The translations under genes were made by a program, and so were the position numbers. From contig OZ260661.1 in assembly GCA_965285935.1 (NCBI GenBank), forward strand, positions 60,636,001 to 60,700,000: DNA of 64,000 nt, written 5' to 3'. Origin of the DNA: Ophelia neglecta (Eukaryota). The notes under the pieces were generated by a model. The model was not told the origin of the DNA and did no database searches. It worked only from the letters and a program-made list of their open reading frames with translations. Below, piece after piece: positions 13,976-26,779 of the stretch. Position 1 is the stretch's first letter, and every line of letters starts with the position of its first letter.

Positions 13976-16900
13976 TGACAGTAGGGAGGCCACTATAGGA
14001 TACACACTCCATACGACAAATAAATAGGCACTCCTAGTTTCGGGCCATCGCTTTTTATGCACTGGGTCAAGTCATTTCAGCTGACATGAAGATTTAAGCT
14101 CAACAAAGTTTATTCAATTGTTCGTTCAAACCAAAACTATGCCTGCTAGTCATAATGCAAGAATGTATACAGCACTGGCAAGGGTGCGGACTGGGCGTCA
14201 CTCCGCATACAGTGATATACGTTCACACCCCATACATCTCAGAGGCGTGAATTACGCGGAGGGCAGTAGACACTGACGCTGGACAGGGCCGGCCAGCAGC
14301 TATGTGTAGAGTGGTGCATTGCCCCGGGGGATCAAAGAGGATTACAACTACCATTGTTCTAAGCTAGGATCGAGCATACTCTACCTGTATCTGGTATCTT
14401 AGGAATTCTTGACCTTTTGACCTAAATCTGCTAGTAAACAGTCAGACAAGAGAAGAGTCGTGAACGATTGTGTTTGGCTACAAAGGCCGGACACTACTAC
14501 AACGACAACCCACAGCCCACCCGTACGAGTTCCTGACAACTTCTTTACTTTTTTTTACCAATTTGGTATTAAAAATATCAGCTCAAAAACTCTGACTGAC
14601 CTTTCGAATGTTCTACACCGAGCGGTATATCTTCATTAACTGACTTATGGCGTAGGTGAACTCAAACAAATCTTTACAATTCAGCTCTCATTAATCGACA
14701 GTGTGATTGATAAATAGTGCTCATTTGCGAACGTAAAACACAGTTATTCTATTTATTCTCATAATACAAAGATTAAAGCCAACTCCAAACGTCTGCCTTC
14801 TTTACCAGGGGGTCGGGTTAAAGGTGCCAGGTGCTGTTATTTGCAAGCAGGTATCCCCCCTGGGTAGCACAGCATGGCGCTGAATTCGTCGTTTTAGATT
14901 TCTAATTGGAATATTCTAGAACGACACCTAAGATAGATTGTATAGACTCCTTACTTCAACAATGATTAATAGCTTATAGTGGATTTTTTAGTGCCACTAA
15001 TCTACTTAGAACTGTTTTTAATAGGCTCTAGCTAAAGGCTTAGGAGCGAAGCTGGTTTTTTCAATCATAATGTCAAACTCTGTTTCAAAATTACACGAAT
15101 TCAATGCATGTATGTAAATCAATCCGCTAAGAATCGTTGAAACAATAGCAGCCAAGCACAGAGGTAGCGAGGCTGAGACATGCCTAAGTAGTCCGGCGTC
15201 CACAACAAGTTCTTCCCAAGGCATCAGCACTGTTGCACCATCTTACGAGAGAGACGCGAGCAAAGCAGTAGATGGAATTATCGATCGATGCATTCTCGAC
15301 TACAGCAGACTGAAGAAAGTTAACTTCTGCTTTTGCGCGGGAAATTGGCGTCAAAGCGAGGGAACTTGGTCAATCGCAACTGCTGGACGTGGTTTCAATA
15401 CGGCTATGCATGCCAACTTCCGCTTCCGTTTAACTAATCCTGCTTTACATGTTTTGTACACACAGTAGACACGTTATACATCCAGATTATCTAATTTCTT
15501 GATCTCATGGTCGAGTTATGCAGACTTTCCAAACTTATCTGACAGTTATAATATCAGACTGGGATGAAATATCAAATTAATACTGGCCGCTTATACCTTA
15601 TAGTCGCTAGAGCTAATGCAAATCAATTTGGAAAGCAGGGCAGACATATTGATTTTCATTCCACTTACAAGATGATATGCTGTACGAGACAGATGCAAAA
15701 AAAAAAGAAAAAAAAAAGCTAGAAAGGAACACGCGATCTACCTGCAAAATAGCGTGTGCGACTAGCTAATTTAGTTTTTTTAAAGTTCAAATTGAAAAGA
15801 ACATTTCACAATTATCAAGTTTTTCCCGCTTCTACCATGGAATACAGACGAACTGATTGTTCTGTTGCAGGCTCTAACTCGCCCAACAATCATACAATTA
15901 TATAGATGCATGTTTGCAAGCCCAACAATTGCCGACTAGCTTTTTACGAGGTGTATTATATTCGTGTCTGCGACTTATTTCAAGATTAGTTTGGGCTGTT
16001 TCTTTGCAGAGTAAAACGACAAGGATGAATCATTTTGTCATTTAGATGCCTAGGCATGACGTGTGGTAGCTATGCTCGCCTACAGTCCAAGTCTGGCTGA
16101 TCGTGCCCGGCCGCATTGATCGGTAGAATTGATTATGACACCCTAGAAAACATGATTTATGTTCTGTCAATGGGTGATACGATCGGATTGTAATTTTCTA
16201 GATTAGCTGGGTCAGCGCGGGGAAGTAATGAATGCATCCGGGGACTTTTGCTCAAGTGTTCGCTCCGGTCACCGATTTAATTAACATGGCCGCCATCAAT
16301 ATGTGCATGCACAATAAGGGCAGTGACAGGGACATATTTTGCCCGGTGTCTTAACAACGAAATCCGGACAACATCGTCGGTTGTGCCAGTGACCAGCCGC
16401 CGCTAAAGCCTCCAAGGCGCTCCTTGCTCGGCTAATTCCGGTACGGCCAGCGACACCTCATCCATAATTGAAAAATGCCATTCACGACGATGCAGCCCGG
16501 TGGCCAATTGTTATATCTGTCATCCTTATACTAGCTCATCCAATAGCCGTGTCCCTTAGTTGGCATACATGACGGTGACAAACCCAGCCAGTTAGTTTAT
16601 GTTTGCACCATAATGGGTTGGCTGTGACAAATAGTAGTGGTAGTATCTGACCACTTCCGGAGATGGTCAGCCCTGAGTGGACAGTCTACCGGCTCATCAC
16701 AGTGGTTATTGATGCTAATGAATCTCTAAACTACAACGAGCCTAGATTGTAAGGACCTTTAATAAAAATGACTCTAGCGACACTCCTCAAACAGTGGCCT
16801 CATTGGTCTTAACTAGTCACGGAATGGAGGTCATAACAAACTAACAATTCCGTAAGTGCTCTCGTACCAAGCAAATAAATCTTGTGGTTTATTTAATAAA

Positions 16901-19000
16901 CAAATGTAAAACTATAGCACGGATCTGTAAATAGATATGCCCTATTTTCTAGTATAGCTTAGTATAGCTTAACTTCCGGTGTTTTCTGTGCGTCCGGGTA
17001 ATTTCATTTATGATCAGGGGCATTGACTATAATTCTAGGATAACCTTAGCTGACCATGTGTAATTTAGTAAGGTCACGTGAGGATTGACTGTGGAATCCA
17101 GGACACACAACCAACCGAACAAGTAGCAATCTGCCTTACAATTACCACATGGATCGATAAGTGAGTGAGCAGGTGGAAGAAGTAGATTATTATCAAAATG
17201 GTCATGCATTCGGTCGGTTATTGATTGGGCAAGAAATGGTGTTGGGTCCTAACCACCTGATCCTGGGGCGGGGAAGCTTCCAGTCATCCCGCAACAACAG
17301 CCCCATATCAAAGCTCGCCTCAACCCATCACAGGAAACCCGAACAGTGGGGCTGGCCAGATTATAAGAGCCACACCAATATATACTGCTTCCCGCATCAA
17401 TCACGGGAGGCCGCCCTGCTTTTGCGTGATCGGGCGGCTTCGATGATGTATCGTCAGGTAGTCAAAACGACACGTTGGAGGGAGCGTGAAATGACCATAA
17501 AATTGGGATGAGCGCTCACCAGGGAAGTGGGCTGCGGGCCTGTAAGTGTTACATGATAGGTGTAGGTGTGCTGTCAGTGGGGGGTTTACTGTACATCACT
17601 CACAAGACAAGACCGCATGTGAAGTGCCGCTCCAGCTCAAAACGGCAGCTTCAAATCACACTTTTATTACATAAACATTGGCCCGAAGATTGGAATACCG
17701 AAGACCAGGGAAAATTTTCGTGAACCGGAAGTTTTCACACAAAAAATTCCAGCAGAGCATGTCCTGTATGTGCTTTCTTTACGTAGCCATAAGTTTCAGA
17801 CGAATCTCTCCAAGAGATAGTAGTATAGGGCGACGAAATCTCACGTCGAAAAATATGGTAGATCGTGGTTCGGGAAATTTACCTGCTCGCCAAAATGACT
17901 TTGTTGAGGCGTTCAGTTCTAGCGTTTGTTTTGTGAAAACTACCAACAAATCGCCACTAGAAACAAAATAAAGCTTAATCGATGAAAGTATATAGCCATT
18001 TTTTGGTCAATGGTTCAAGTATAGGTCCGCCGACATTTCATGATTAGTTAAGGTTTAAGCAGGTCACATAAGTGACAGCTGTGCTGTGTATCTGTTGTAC
18101 ATTGTTACATCAAAGTTTCCAGTCGAGACTCACGAATACAAAATCAATAGTTTGGCGACAACCCATTCAAATTTGTATACATATTTATATAATTAATGCC
18201 ATTTTTTTTCTCATTCTGATTTTATTGAATAACAATTCTAGCCTCAAACAGATTGCATGTTCATTTAATGTGGACTTACCCTGCTAAACCAAGGATTTGT
18301 TTGTCCGGATAGCCTTGACGAATTGATACACGGCGCCAGACCATGAAACTTAATCAAACAAATCCTATTGGACATATTGGAATATACATGTTATTGCCAC
18401 AGCCTCAGCATGAAATTGAAATATAGGCCCATCTTTTAACGAGATTGTGTGATTCCCGTTAAACTTTTAAAAAACTCATCATGTCTAATATTTTGTAGGA
18501 TCGCAGTTCGGCGATAAAGCTGTTTGAACTGTTTATTCCTGCAAGTGGCATGACTGATGAGGAAGTTTTATTTGTGTTCCAGTGAACGTTATGTCTATCT
18601 TTTTTCTGACATTAATTTACATTATATTTATGTGGCCACTGCCACTTATTCTGACCTAGTTCTATTAAGTTGTAAATGTGGGTCACGTGACCGCTCGTTG
18701 GTCTGTATATTGTAGTGCATGGCCTGGGGATACGCTCCAAAGCCTTGACCCTTGGTCCATCAGCTCGCCAGTTATTGGCCCCTAAAGCTGGACGCTTTTC
18801 ATGAGGTCAGGAAGTGGAAGTTTAGTTAAACGATAGCACAGGAGGTGATTGTAAACACGTTTCAAATATTTACCTGGACTAGGGCCAGACATCCATACTA
18901 ATTTGATTGGTATACCGTGGTGAACTTGATCTTAGGTTTCACGGTGACTGCATGGGAAACACTATGTATGGCAAACATTACTGTTTATATATGAGGGATT

Positions 19001-19070
19001 TGACCTGCAGCCATAGAACCTTTGACCTCTCTCGTGGTAACATTTGACCTTGTTTTGACCCTTTTGACCC
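19001..19070 (-). promoter_or_regulatory. Array of five RGGTCA nuclear-receptor half-sites including a perfect DR5 and an overlapping DR3
   Basis: The plus strand has TGACCT at 19001, 19023 and 19045 and TGACCC at 19056 and 19065. Bases 19045-19061 read GGGTCA-AAACA-AGGTCA on the minus strand. Confidence 0.5.
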
Positions 19071-22000
19071 GTACTACCCTTCATGCTTTTCTAGGAGTAG
19101 TCTTGCACTCTACTCTAGAAATGTTCGCAGTGGCTTTGCAATGTCATTGTCTTTATTGGGCTCTCAGCAATCTAGTGGTATTGGCTCGCTTCATATTGGA
19201 AAAGAATCAGAAAATTAGATTGCGAGAAATGAACCTTGGGCCATCAGCATGACCCAGCGCTTACCATGAAGTCTGGTGACACGCTGGGCTTTATCAGAGC
19301 AATCCCAGATTGAATTGCCATTGCTTGAGAGGTGGAGAACCCAAATCTAAAAGTGAAAACGGACTTCTGTCTCGGCTTTTTAACAATGTGTCATCTTCCA
19401 TTGTGAAAGATTGGGTTGCGTCGAATAAAACGTATCTTGTATAGCATGAGCCTATCTCCCTGACCAGTCTAGTCTCTTTTTTGGCAAATGTGATTATTTC
19501 TGTGTTTTTTTTTTTTTTGGGGGGGGGGGAAGTGGCCCTGATCCTGACCCTATATTTGTTTTAGAAGTACTGAAAAATGTTTTATTAAAAGGGGAAACTT
19601 TATAACAATGGGACATGTATTACATTCTACTCATGTGAGATGTTAAGTCAGTAGGTCAAATGAAATAAACTTCCGGTTTCATGCCTGCATGCTTATTAAC
19701 CTGCAAAAAGGTTGAAATCGGTGCCGAAAGCACACCTTAAACAATATTCAGTTATTGACGAGTTGTAATATAACATTTAATATTATAGGAAGCGTTCAAA
19801 TTACATGGCAAAAGTCGTCTGGCATCGGTAGAAACAGTCGATAAACAAGAGGATCGTCTTCGCCCAAACTCATGGGGAGCCAGAGTAGTAATGCCAGATG
19901 CCAAGTTTCCTTAATGAAACTTCTCCCAGGGCGACTGTTCCAGTCAGGCTATGACACATTGGAAAATGAATTTTAAAGAATCTGTCCCTGTGCTTTGTGG
20001 GATTGACGGGACTTGATATGATCCGTCCGATCTCTGATATGGAAAAAGTGTTAGGAAATGAAAATGGGAGTGATGTGATTTAATCTCGTTTGGAAGCGCC
20101 AGGCACTGTCTGGGCCATAAGGCCGGCAGTCCAGTGCTGGTCAGTGGGTTGCCTGCCCTACAAGGCATCACATTCAGCAGCAAACATGTAATATAACCTT
20201 ATTTGGAATGGTTCATGCGACGCACATAATATTCTTTGAGTGTTCATAAAAGTGCCGTATTACTCATTCCGGGCAGGAGACGGTTTCTGAATCATAGAGC
20301 TCGGACTGTAATCCCAAAATCTTTCAGGCAAATCACAGAGTGATTATGTAACGGGATCATTCCAATTAAGATAATCGCATAACATCGAGCCGCCTAAATA
20401 CAAAGCAGACGCCACTTGCCCTTTTCCGGTCATTTGGGAGCGGTGTTTCAGTTACAGAGCCGTCTGCTGTGCCAAGTTAAATTGATAAAAAGAACGCTCT
20501 ATTGTTTAGAGAAAAAGAATGCTATTGGCTCATTAATGAGTGTCAGTCCTAGTGGGAACAGCTAGGAAAGTTTTGCTGCTGATACGGTTGATGTTCTTTT
20601 TTTTATCTCTGTGTATAAAAAGAGGACTGGCAGAACTGTAGGCTGGCAATATGACAGTTAAACATCAGGCGCAACTCTCCAGGTAGACGCATTGGACAAT
20701 CTCACCGAGAGCGTTTAATTTCAACATTGATATCCATCCCCGATCTAGTTATTTTTTCCATTTCATTTTTTCTCACTGCATAGAGACCGAAATTAATCAT
20801 AATCTGCAGCGATGTCGGCGATAATTTATCACTCTAGGTCATATTAAGAAAGGTGTGCTGACGTTTATTAAGTATTTAGTCATGCATCCTGGAGACAGCA
20901 AAGTAAGTCGCCGTTGTTGAGCAGACGATCATATTAAATTCATATCATTGGAGTCTGCAGCAAAGTCTTCAATTATCATACGGTATTGCTGCATGGTGAC
21001 ATGCGCTTTATTCTACTCGATTTCACGCCTGCCAATGGGTTTGTGTTAACAACTGCGGAAAATCAATTAATGTTCTTGTAGGTGTGTTTTCATTAGTCTG
21101 AAAAAGAGCTGTTAACTTGCACAACATTGTGTGAGGAGAGAATGGGCGATGTTACGTAATCAAAACACCCGGATGAACGGTTCCGCCAGACAGACAGATC
21201 AAGCAAACACAAGAAGTAGGCTTTTCGAGGGAGCGTTAAAATCCGTTCAGGTCTGAAACAATGTCGATGGAATATCGATGTTGCCATGACAACGTGTGAT
21301 TCCCCATTCGATCCCACTGTGGCTAACCGACACCCACCGATGAACCGATAAGCATCAGCGGAAGTATCTGGGCGGCCGACGGCGTGTATGTGTGGGGAGC
21401 CTGCAGGGCCCAGCCGCACGGAACGCTAGCTTCCAGGGAAGGTCAGGCGGACCGCCCCCCTGCAGATAGGGTCGCAGAAGAACCATGTCAGGGAAACGCT
21501 AATAATAAAAATAAAGATACAACTTTTGATTAATCAGCGAAAGTGTAATTCAGACCAGAGATGGGACATATGGATTTTGGCATTGCGTGATCGGGTTCGG
21601 CCTGGCCGAAAAAAAGCCAAAGTTGGAACCTGGTAGAGCCCGGAGAAAGCACGGTATCGTCTGCCATCGTCTGACACGACATGCTAACTTTGAGATATCA
21701 ATGGCATAGAAGCAAGGCCACTATGAAAAGATCACTGGTAAGATCGTTAATTTGGCATTTTGGTTTTCTTTTCATTGGCTGAACAATGGACTCAATTGGT
21801 GGCTATTATCAAGGAACCATGGATGCCGAAGGTAATGGCAGAGCTCAGAATAAGGTCTCTTATACCACCTCTGGCGGCCAAAGGGGTCGGGAGTGGGGAG
21901 GCACTGAATTGGTGTGCATGGGCCACAGCTGGTCGGGTCTGCCAACTCTGTTATCAGGAGCAAGGGCCTTGACATCAGAGGCCGGTGGGTGACAGAGGCG

Positions 22001-22815
22001 ATGTGCCCCCAACAATACCAGTCGGACCCTCTTACAGTCTCTTTGAAAGATTGACCCTGGCAAGTCGTGTCTTCTGAATGGGTGACAGTGCAAATAATTT
22101 CAAATTTCAATAAGTGAAGTGGGCTACTCGGAGTGGAAATGCTGCCTCTCTTCTTGGATCGATGCCATTGATCTATTCTCGTTCACGGGCCCCTGTATTT
22201 GGCTTGGCCAGAAGTCATGTGCGCGTGCTTTCCTTAAAGTTGGCCATCCTCTAAGAGCAAGCGGTAGTCTCCTCTCTTGTATGGGAACATGTGTATTAAA
22301 CAAGGATGGAACCTTCCCCAAACCCAATTGTCAGCAGACTTTGATGTATGAGAATCGTTGATACCCTTTCTAATAGCTACATACAATATCCTCCAACATT
22401 GTTTTCAATATCAAATTTATGGTCCAAATGAACCAGTCGATCGATCCATATTCCATATAATTGAATATAGTCGACCAAGGAAGGATCTAGTTTAAAGCTG
22501 GTGGTTTGCTCATCGAAATATCATGCTCTTCATGGTTTGGCAGTCGAATCAATTTGACGAGAACACCTCAGAACCTCTCTTTCAGAAGTAACTAAAGAGA
22601 CTTTAATACCTTTTTACAGAGGAGGAAAGGCATTTGAGCCACTGGTAGATAGGCCTAACATAACCTCTTAGAGAGATAAAGCGACAAGGGATGCTTCAAA
22701 GATTTAGAGACACGATTAACCTAACAGCTGCCATTTCATTTGCAATTAGATGATTCTGCATCTAACACTATTTGAACCTATTTTTTTTAAAGTAAATAAT
22801 CAGTTGGTTATAATT

Positions 22816-22879
22816 GGCAGTTCTACATATCTAATTTGAACAAAGATCTATAATCACTTGGCGATAACTCTGGGTTACA
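22816..22879. repeat. Copy 1 of a ~64-bp dispersed direct repeat
   Basis: GGCAGTTCTACATATCTAATTTGAACAAAGATCTATAATCACTTGGCGATAACTCTGGGTTACA is near-identical to 24574-24636. Confidence 0.9.
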
Positions 22880-24573
22880 AGAAATAGATCAGATGAATAT
22901 ATTAACCTAGGTGTTTATTGGCGCAGTCTGATCATAAATTGTGTATATATTTGAATTATATTTAGTGCCCTAAATCTTTAGCGATTGAAACAGATTAGAT
23001 AATCGATCCTGCAATTCACCAACATGTCAGCTGTCTCCATTTTATACACACTGTTTGCAGTAAAACCTTTTTTTGCTGAACATACACCGCCTAGATTATA
23101 TAACAGTACAAACACAATTATTTTCAAGCCGACTGTATTATTAAATTCAATGAGCCTCTTGCACAGATGCTTTTGAAATGTTTATTCAACCTTCGACCCA
23201 ATATGCATTATTCCACGCATTAGTTGAGTGATTATAGTATTTTGTTGGATATCGTGTGAGCGTACGATTTAGAACCACAATATATCATTAGAGATGCAAA
23301 AAGGTGTTGAACAAATCGTGATGATACCAGCATGTTGTAGGCGAAAGCAACGGGTGTAAAAACCTTCGAATTATATCCAATTGACTGGCGTTGGGTGAGA
23401 TGTAAGGGGGTGGGAAACGGGTCACCACGAAAAATCTAGTAAAGTGAGGGGGAGGAGAGATATCGTTCAAATCTGACCCTAATTCCTTTAACTTTCAAGT
23501 CAAGTCTGGTTGTCCAATTTACAGATCACTTTTCAAGAGATTTTATGTTTTGTCCAGCTTGAAGTGTTTGAAGTAATTATCACTCTTCCCGGGCATATGG
23601 CGTGCACTTATTTCTGAGATAGTTGAAGGCGAACAAAGAGTTATTTCTAAACGGCAGGACTTGTGGTGAGCGCAAATGACATATTTTTCAAAGAAAGTTG
23701 TTTTTTTCCAGACAGATGGTCGATCTTCAATCACTCTGTCTAGAACTTTTGCCATTTCGCAAGGGATGGGAGAATCTCCTCGCACCTCATTACACCGAAA
23801 CGGACAGTTAACTACTAAAACAAAACGCTCTGCTTTGAGTGCTCATTAACTTGGCCCCACAGCTCGTCTTGATGGACAGTCAGTGTCCATTTAGTTGTCT
23901 AGCAAAGACACGTGCCAAAGAGGACATTATACATCAATCAAGGATGTAAATTAACCCCCCGTGGAGAAAAACCTGTGCTTAGAATCCCTCTCGTGGCAAC
24001 TTAAGTCAACTGGGACCCCAAAAATTCAACCTGGGACTTTTTGACTCTCTTTTGAAGACAGGTGCTAATTCACTAATATATTTAACTACCACCCCTACAT
24101 AGGACTTAATGGGAGTTAGCTAGTTGTGCAATATCCAATGGGAACTGAGCATTTATTTTGCGCGGAAGTTTGAGAATTTAATTTTATGCGCATAAAAACT
24201 GCCTTTCTTCATCAGGTCTGGGCTACCACGAGATAAATCACGCCCTATCCATATTTTCGGGAATAAAATACTCTCGAAACGAACATACAACAGTGTTTAA
24301 CAAAGATAATAAGACAGGAATTGCTCTGATAAAACAGCAAAGAATTTAGCATTTCTTTTCTGATATTAATTTAGAGTTATCACCTTGAGTACAGGAAAAA
24401 ATGTGTGGTTTTCATGCAAGGTGCAATTTATGAAAATGGCGATAATGAAGTATGTGATAATTCGATGCAGTATCGTTAACAGTGTGTCGTGCATTATTTA
24501 TCTCGAGGCAATTATAGGCCAACAAACGTGGACACGCTATAACCAAGAACACGCTGATCAGATGTTTAGAACC

Positions 24574-24636
24574 GGCAGTTCTACATATTTAATTGAACAA
24601 TGATCTATAATCACTAGGCGATAATTCTGGGTTACA
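24574..24636. repeat. Copy 2 of a ~64-bp dispersed direct repeat
   Basis: GGCAGTTCTACATATTTAATTGAACAATGATCTATAATCACTAGGCGATAATTCTGGGTTACA differs from copy 1 by about four substitutions and one indel. Confidence 0.9.
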
Positions 24637-24659
24637 TTTAAATCGATATTGACATTATT

Positions 24660-26426
24660 CTAGAATCTACCAGATAGATTTATTCCAGTGAAAAATATAA
24701 CAAAATACACAAATATTTCTATGAATCTAGGACATTTGTCATGAAAAATGAAACCTGCTGCATGAGTGGTATATAATTACAAGTAAGCTGCTTTAACAAC
24801 TGTATGACATTAAACAAATGTTACAAATGGAGTTATTGGGCATAAACTTTTTGGGAAGGCTCTGAATGCATAAATTGTTTATATCATATCAACTTGTGCA
24901 TCGGTGCATCTATAGCATTTAGCACCGTCAATTCGTATTATATATACACCATGACACACCGTGCTGGCAAGTAGGGATAAATAGATTATAGAAATGTGCA
25001 TACTTTCTGCTAAAGGCATGTAACTGGTTTTCATTATGTATAAGTGATATAGAAAATGGAACATGCATATTCGAGGGATTTATACACACTCGTAGAGCTC
25101 GAAACAGCTGAGGCTGTTAGACTACACATACAACAGCGTAGTATGATTGACCTAGAGCCTAACCTGACTACAGACAAAATGATAGGCCCTACTACCAACC
25201 TACCGCCGAAGCCGCCCTGGGCAACGGCCAACGGTCACAGGCTTGTAGCTAATTATGCGGATCGACAAAGGGCAGGAACTCGTAGGCATATAAAACTGCC
25301 TACGAATACAATGAATTTAGACGAAATTGAACCAGATTATAAACAACTAAAACGACACTGATTTTGTAGGCCTACATATCTATTTTTCGTCTGCTGTTAA
25401 TGACCTTTGACCCAAAGTGTTAATAGTGAGAAGCTCTCTATTGGGAAATGTTAATTCAAATAAAAAATGACTTTACACTAGTTTTGACGGTTCAGCCAAA
25501 TAAAATGGACGCTACAATGATAGCTTAAGAACAGTGATGAACCCAAAAGCTCCTGTATGATAAGCATAATGAAGAACACAGCAGAGGATAGCTTTACGAA
25601 TATTAAGACAGATATTTTGGTCTATACCATATCATATACACATTAAAAAAATTGTATGATACATAAAAGTGTCATAAAATCTGCTGACCCGCGAACCCGT
25701 ATCGTTTTCAATACTACAATATGTAATATTTTCTTCAAAAACATTACGATTTACCATATTCCTATGCATATACACTTACAAATGCATAAATGCAAGAACA
25801 AAATCGCCCAATATGACTCCCAAACAGTTGGACAATGAGGGAACAATACTAAAGCCAATAGTTAGAAATAAACGTATATTTATATACATCAAAAGTTGGA
25901 AGTTGTGCTTGATCCTTTGGGATATTCCCTAGTGGGGTTACAGCAATTCCGCTCACAAAATTTAAACGAGAAATCTGGATAAACACGAAATAACTACAAC
26001 GTCCAGTTATACATTTACATTATGATTTTTTAAACGAGAGACCAACTTAAAGGCTGCAGGTCTTGGTAACACCAGGTATACCAATTCTGCCTATAGCAAC
26101 CCAATGGGGGTATCAGGCCGACACAAAAATCACTCATATATAGGGTCGGGACAACTTCAGCATGGACCATTAATATACCTAAACAGTTCCTAAAGTGCCT
26201 TGGATGCCATTCCTCGGATAGCATCGAATATCTGTATCCAACAACTTATATAAATAAACTGGCGATTTACAGGCTAAGCGAAGTATACAGCATTGTTTAC
26301 AAAGATTTTTGACAATTCAGGTGAGTTGGTGGAGGTCGGTGAAATGTCGTTTGCATACAGTTTTTCATGGGAAGAGTTAATGATACATATGGTGAAATTC
26401 ACTGGTGAGGTTTTTTGGGGCCTGGA
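24660..26426 (-). other. Hox4: Probable Hox4 3' UTR (~1.75 kb) ending near AATAAA at 24684-24679
   Basis: The minus strand is U-rich with many TGTA words. Perfect Pumilio-type TGTATATA elements occur at 25881-25888 and 24941-24948. The first AATAAA I could find downstream of the stop is at 24684-24679. The end point is inferred, not shown. Confidence 0.5.
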
Positions 26427-26779
26427 CTAAGGCATGTCCGAGTTTATTGCCGAGTCAGTGGATGTATCAGAAGTGTTAAGAGCCTGAGAACAGATGTTGG
26501 TTTCATTGTGACACGATGTAGGACTGGAAACGCCAGAGCCGTCTGATAGCCTCGTTTTCGTGTTTGGTAGCTTGTGCTCTTTCTTCCATTTCATACGGCG
26601 ATTTTGAAACCAAATCTTTATCTGTCGTTCTGTCAAACACAAAGAATGTGCTATTTCAATTCTTCTCCGCCGCGTTAGATATCTATTGAAATGGAATTCC
26701 TTCTCCAGTTCCAGAACTTGGTGTCTTGTATAAGCCGTCCGAGTTCGCTTGTTGTCCCCGTTGAATACGCCATTGGATG
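26427..26779 (-). CDS. Hox4: Hox4/Deformed orthologue, coding exon 2 (homeodomain ~26753-26574, stop TAG 26429-26427)
   Basis: The acceptor TTTACTTTGCAG|CA at 26780 joins exon 1 in frame (G+CA=Ala). The homeodomain [60 protein letters not shown] is followed by the PG4-diagnostic LPNTK. The spliced CDS is 759 nt, or 252 aa plus stop. Confidence 0.98.

Noticed and set aside
14165-14220. Imperfect hairpin (CACTG..GTGCGGA / TCCGCAT..CAGTG) as a novel pre-miRNA
   Set aside because: It has a large asymmetric bulge and too few contiguous pairs for a Drosha substrate.
14370-14392. Partial resemblance to miR-993-3p (CTCTAC..GTATCT)
   Set aside because: The seed region does not match, it is on the strand opposite the Hox genes, and there is no complementary arm. 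I found no credible miR-993 in the window by eye; an Infernal/BLAST search would settle it.
17161-17971. Chain of three abutting plus-strand ORFs resembling an operon
   Set aside because: The context is eukaryotic, two of the three use non-ATG starts, and no homology is recognisable. Raised GC content explains them.
25056-25361. 101-aa plus-strand ATG ORF
   Set aside because: It is antisense to the probable Hox4 3' UTR, has no recognisable domain, and its length is compatible with chance.
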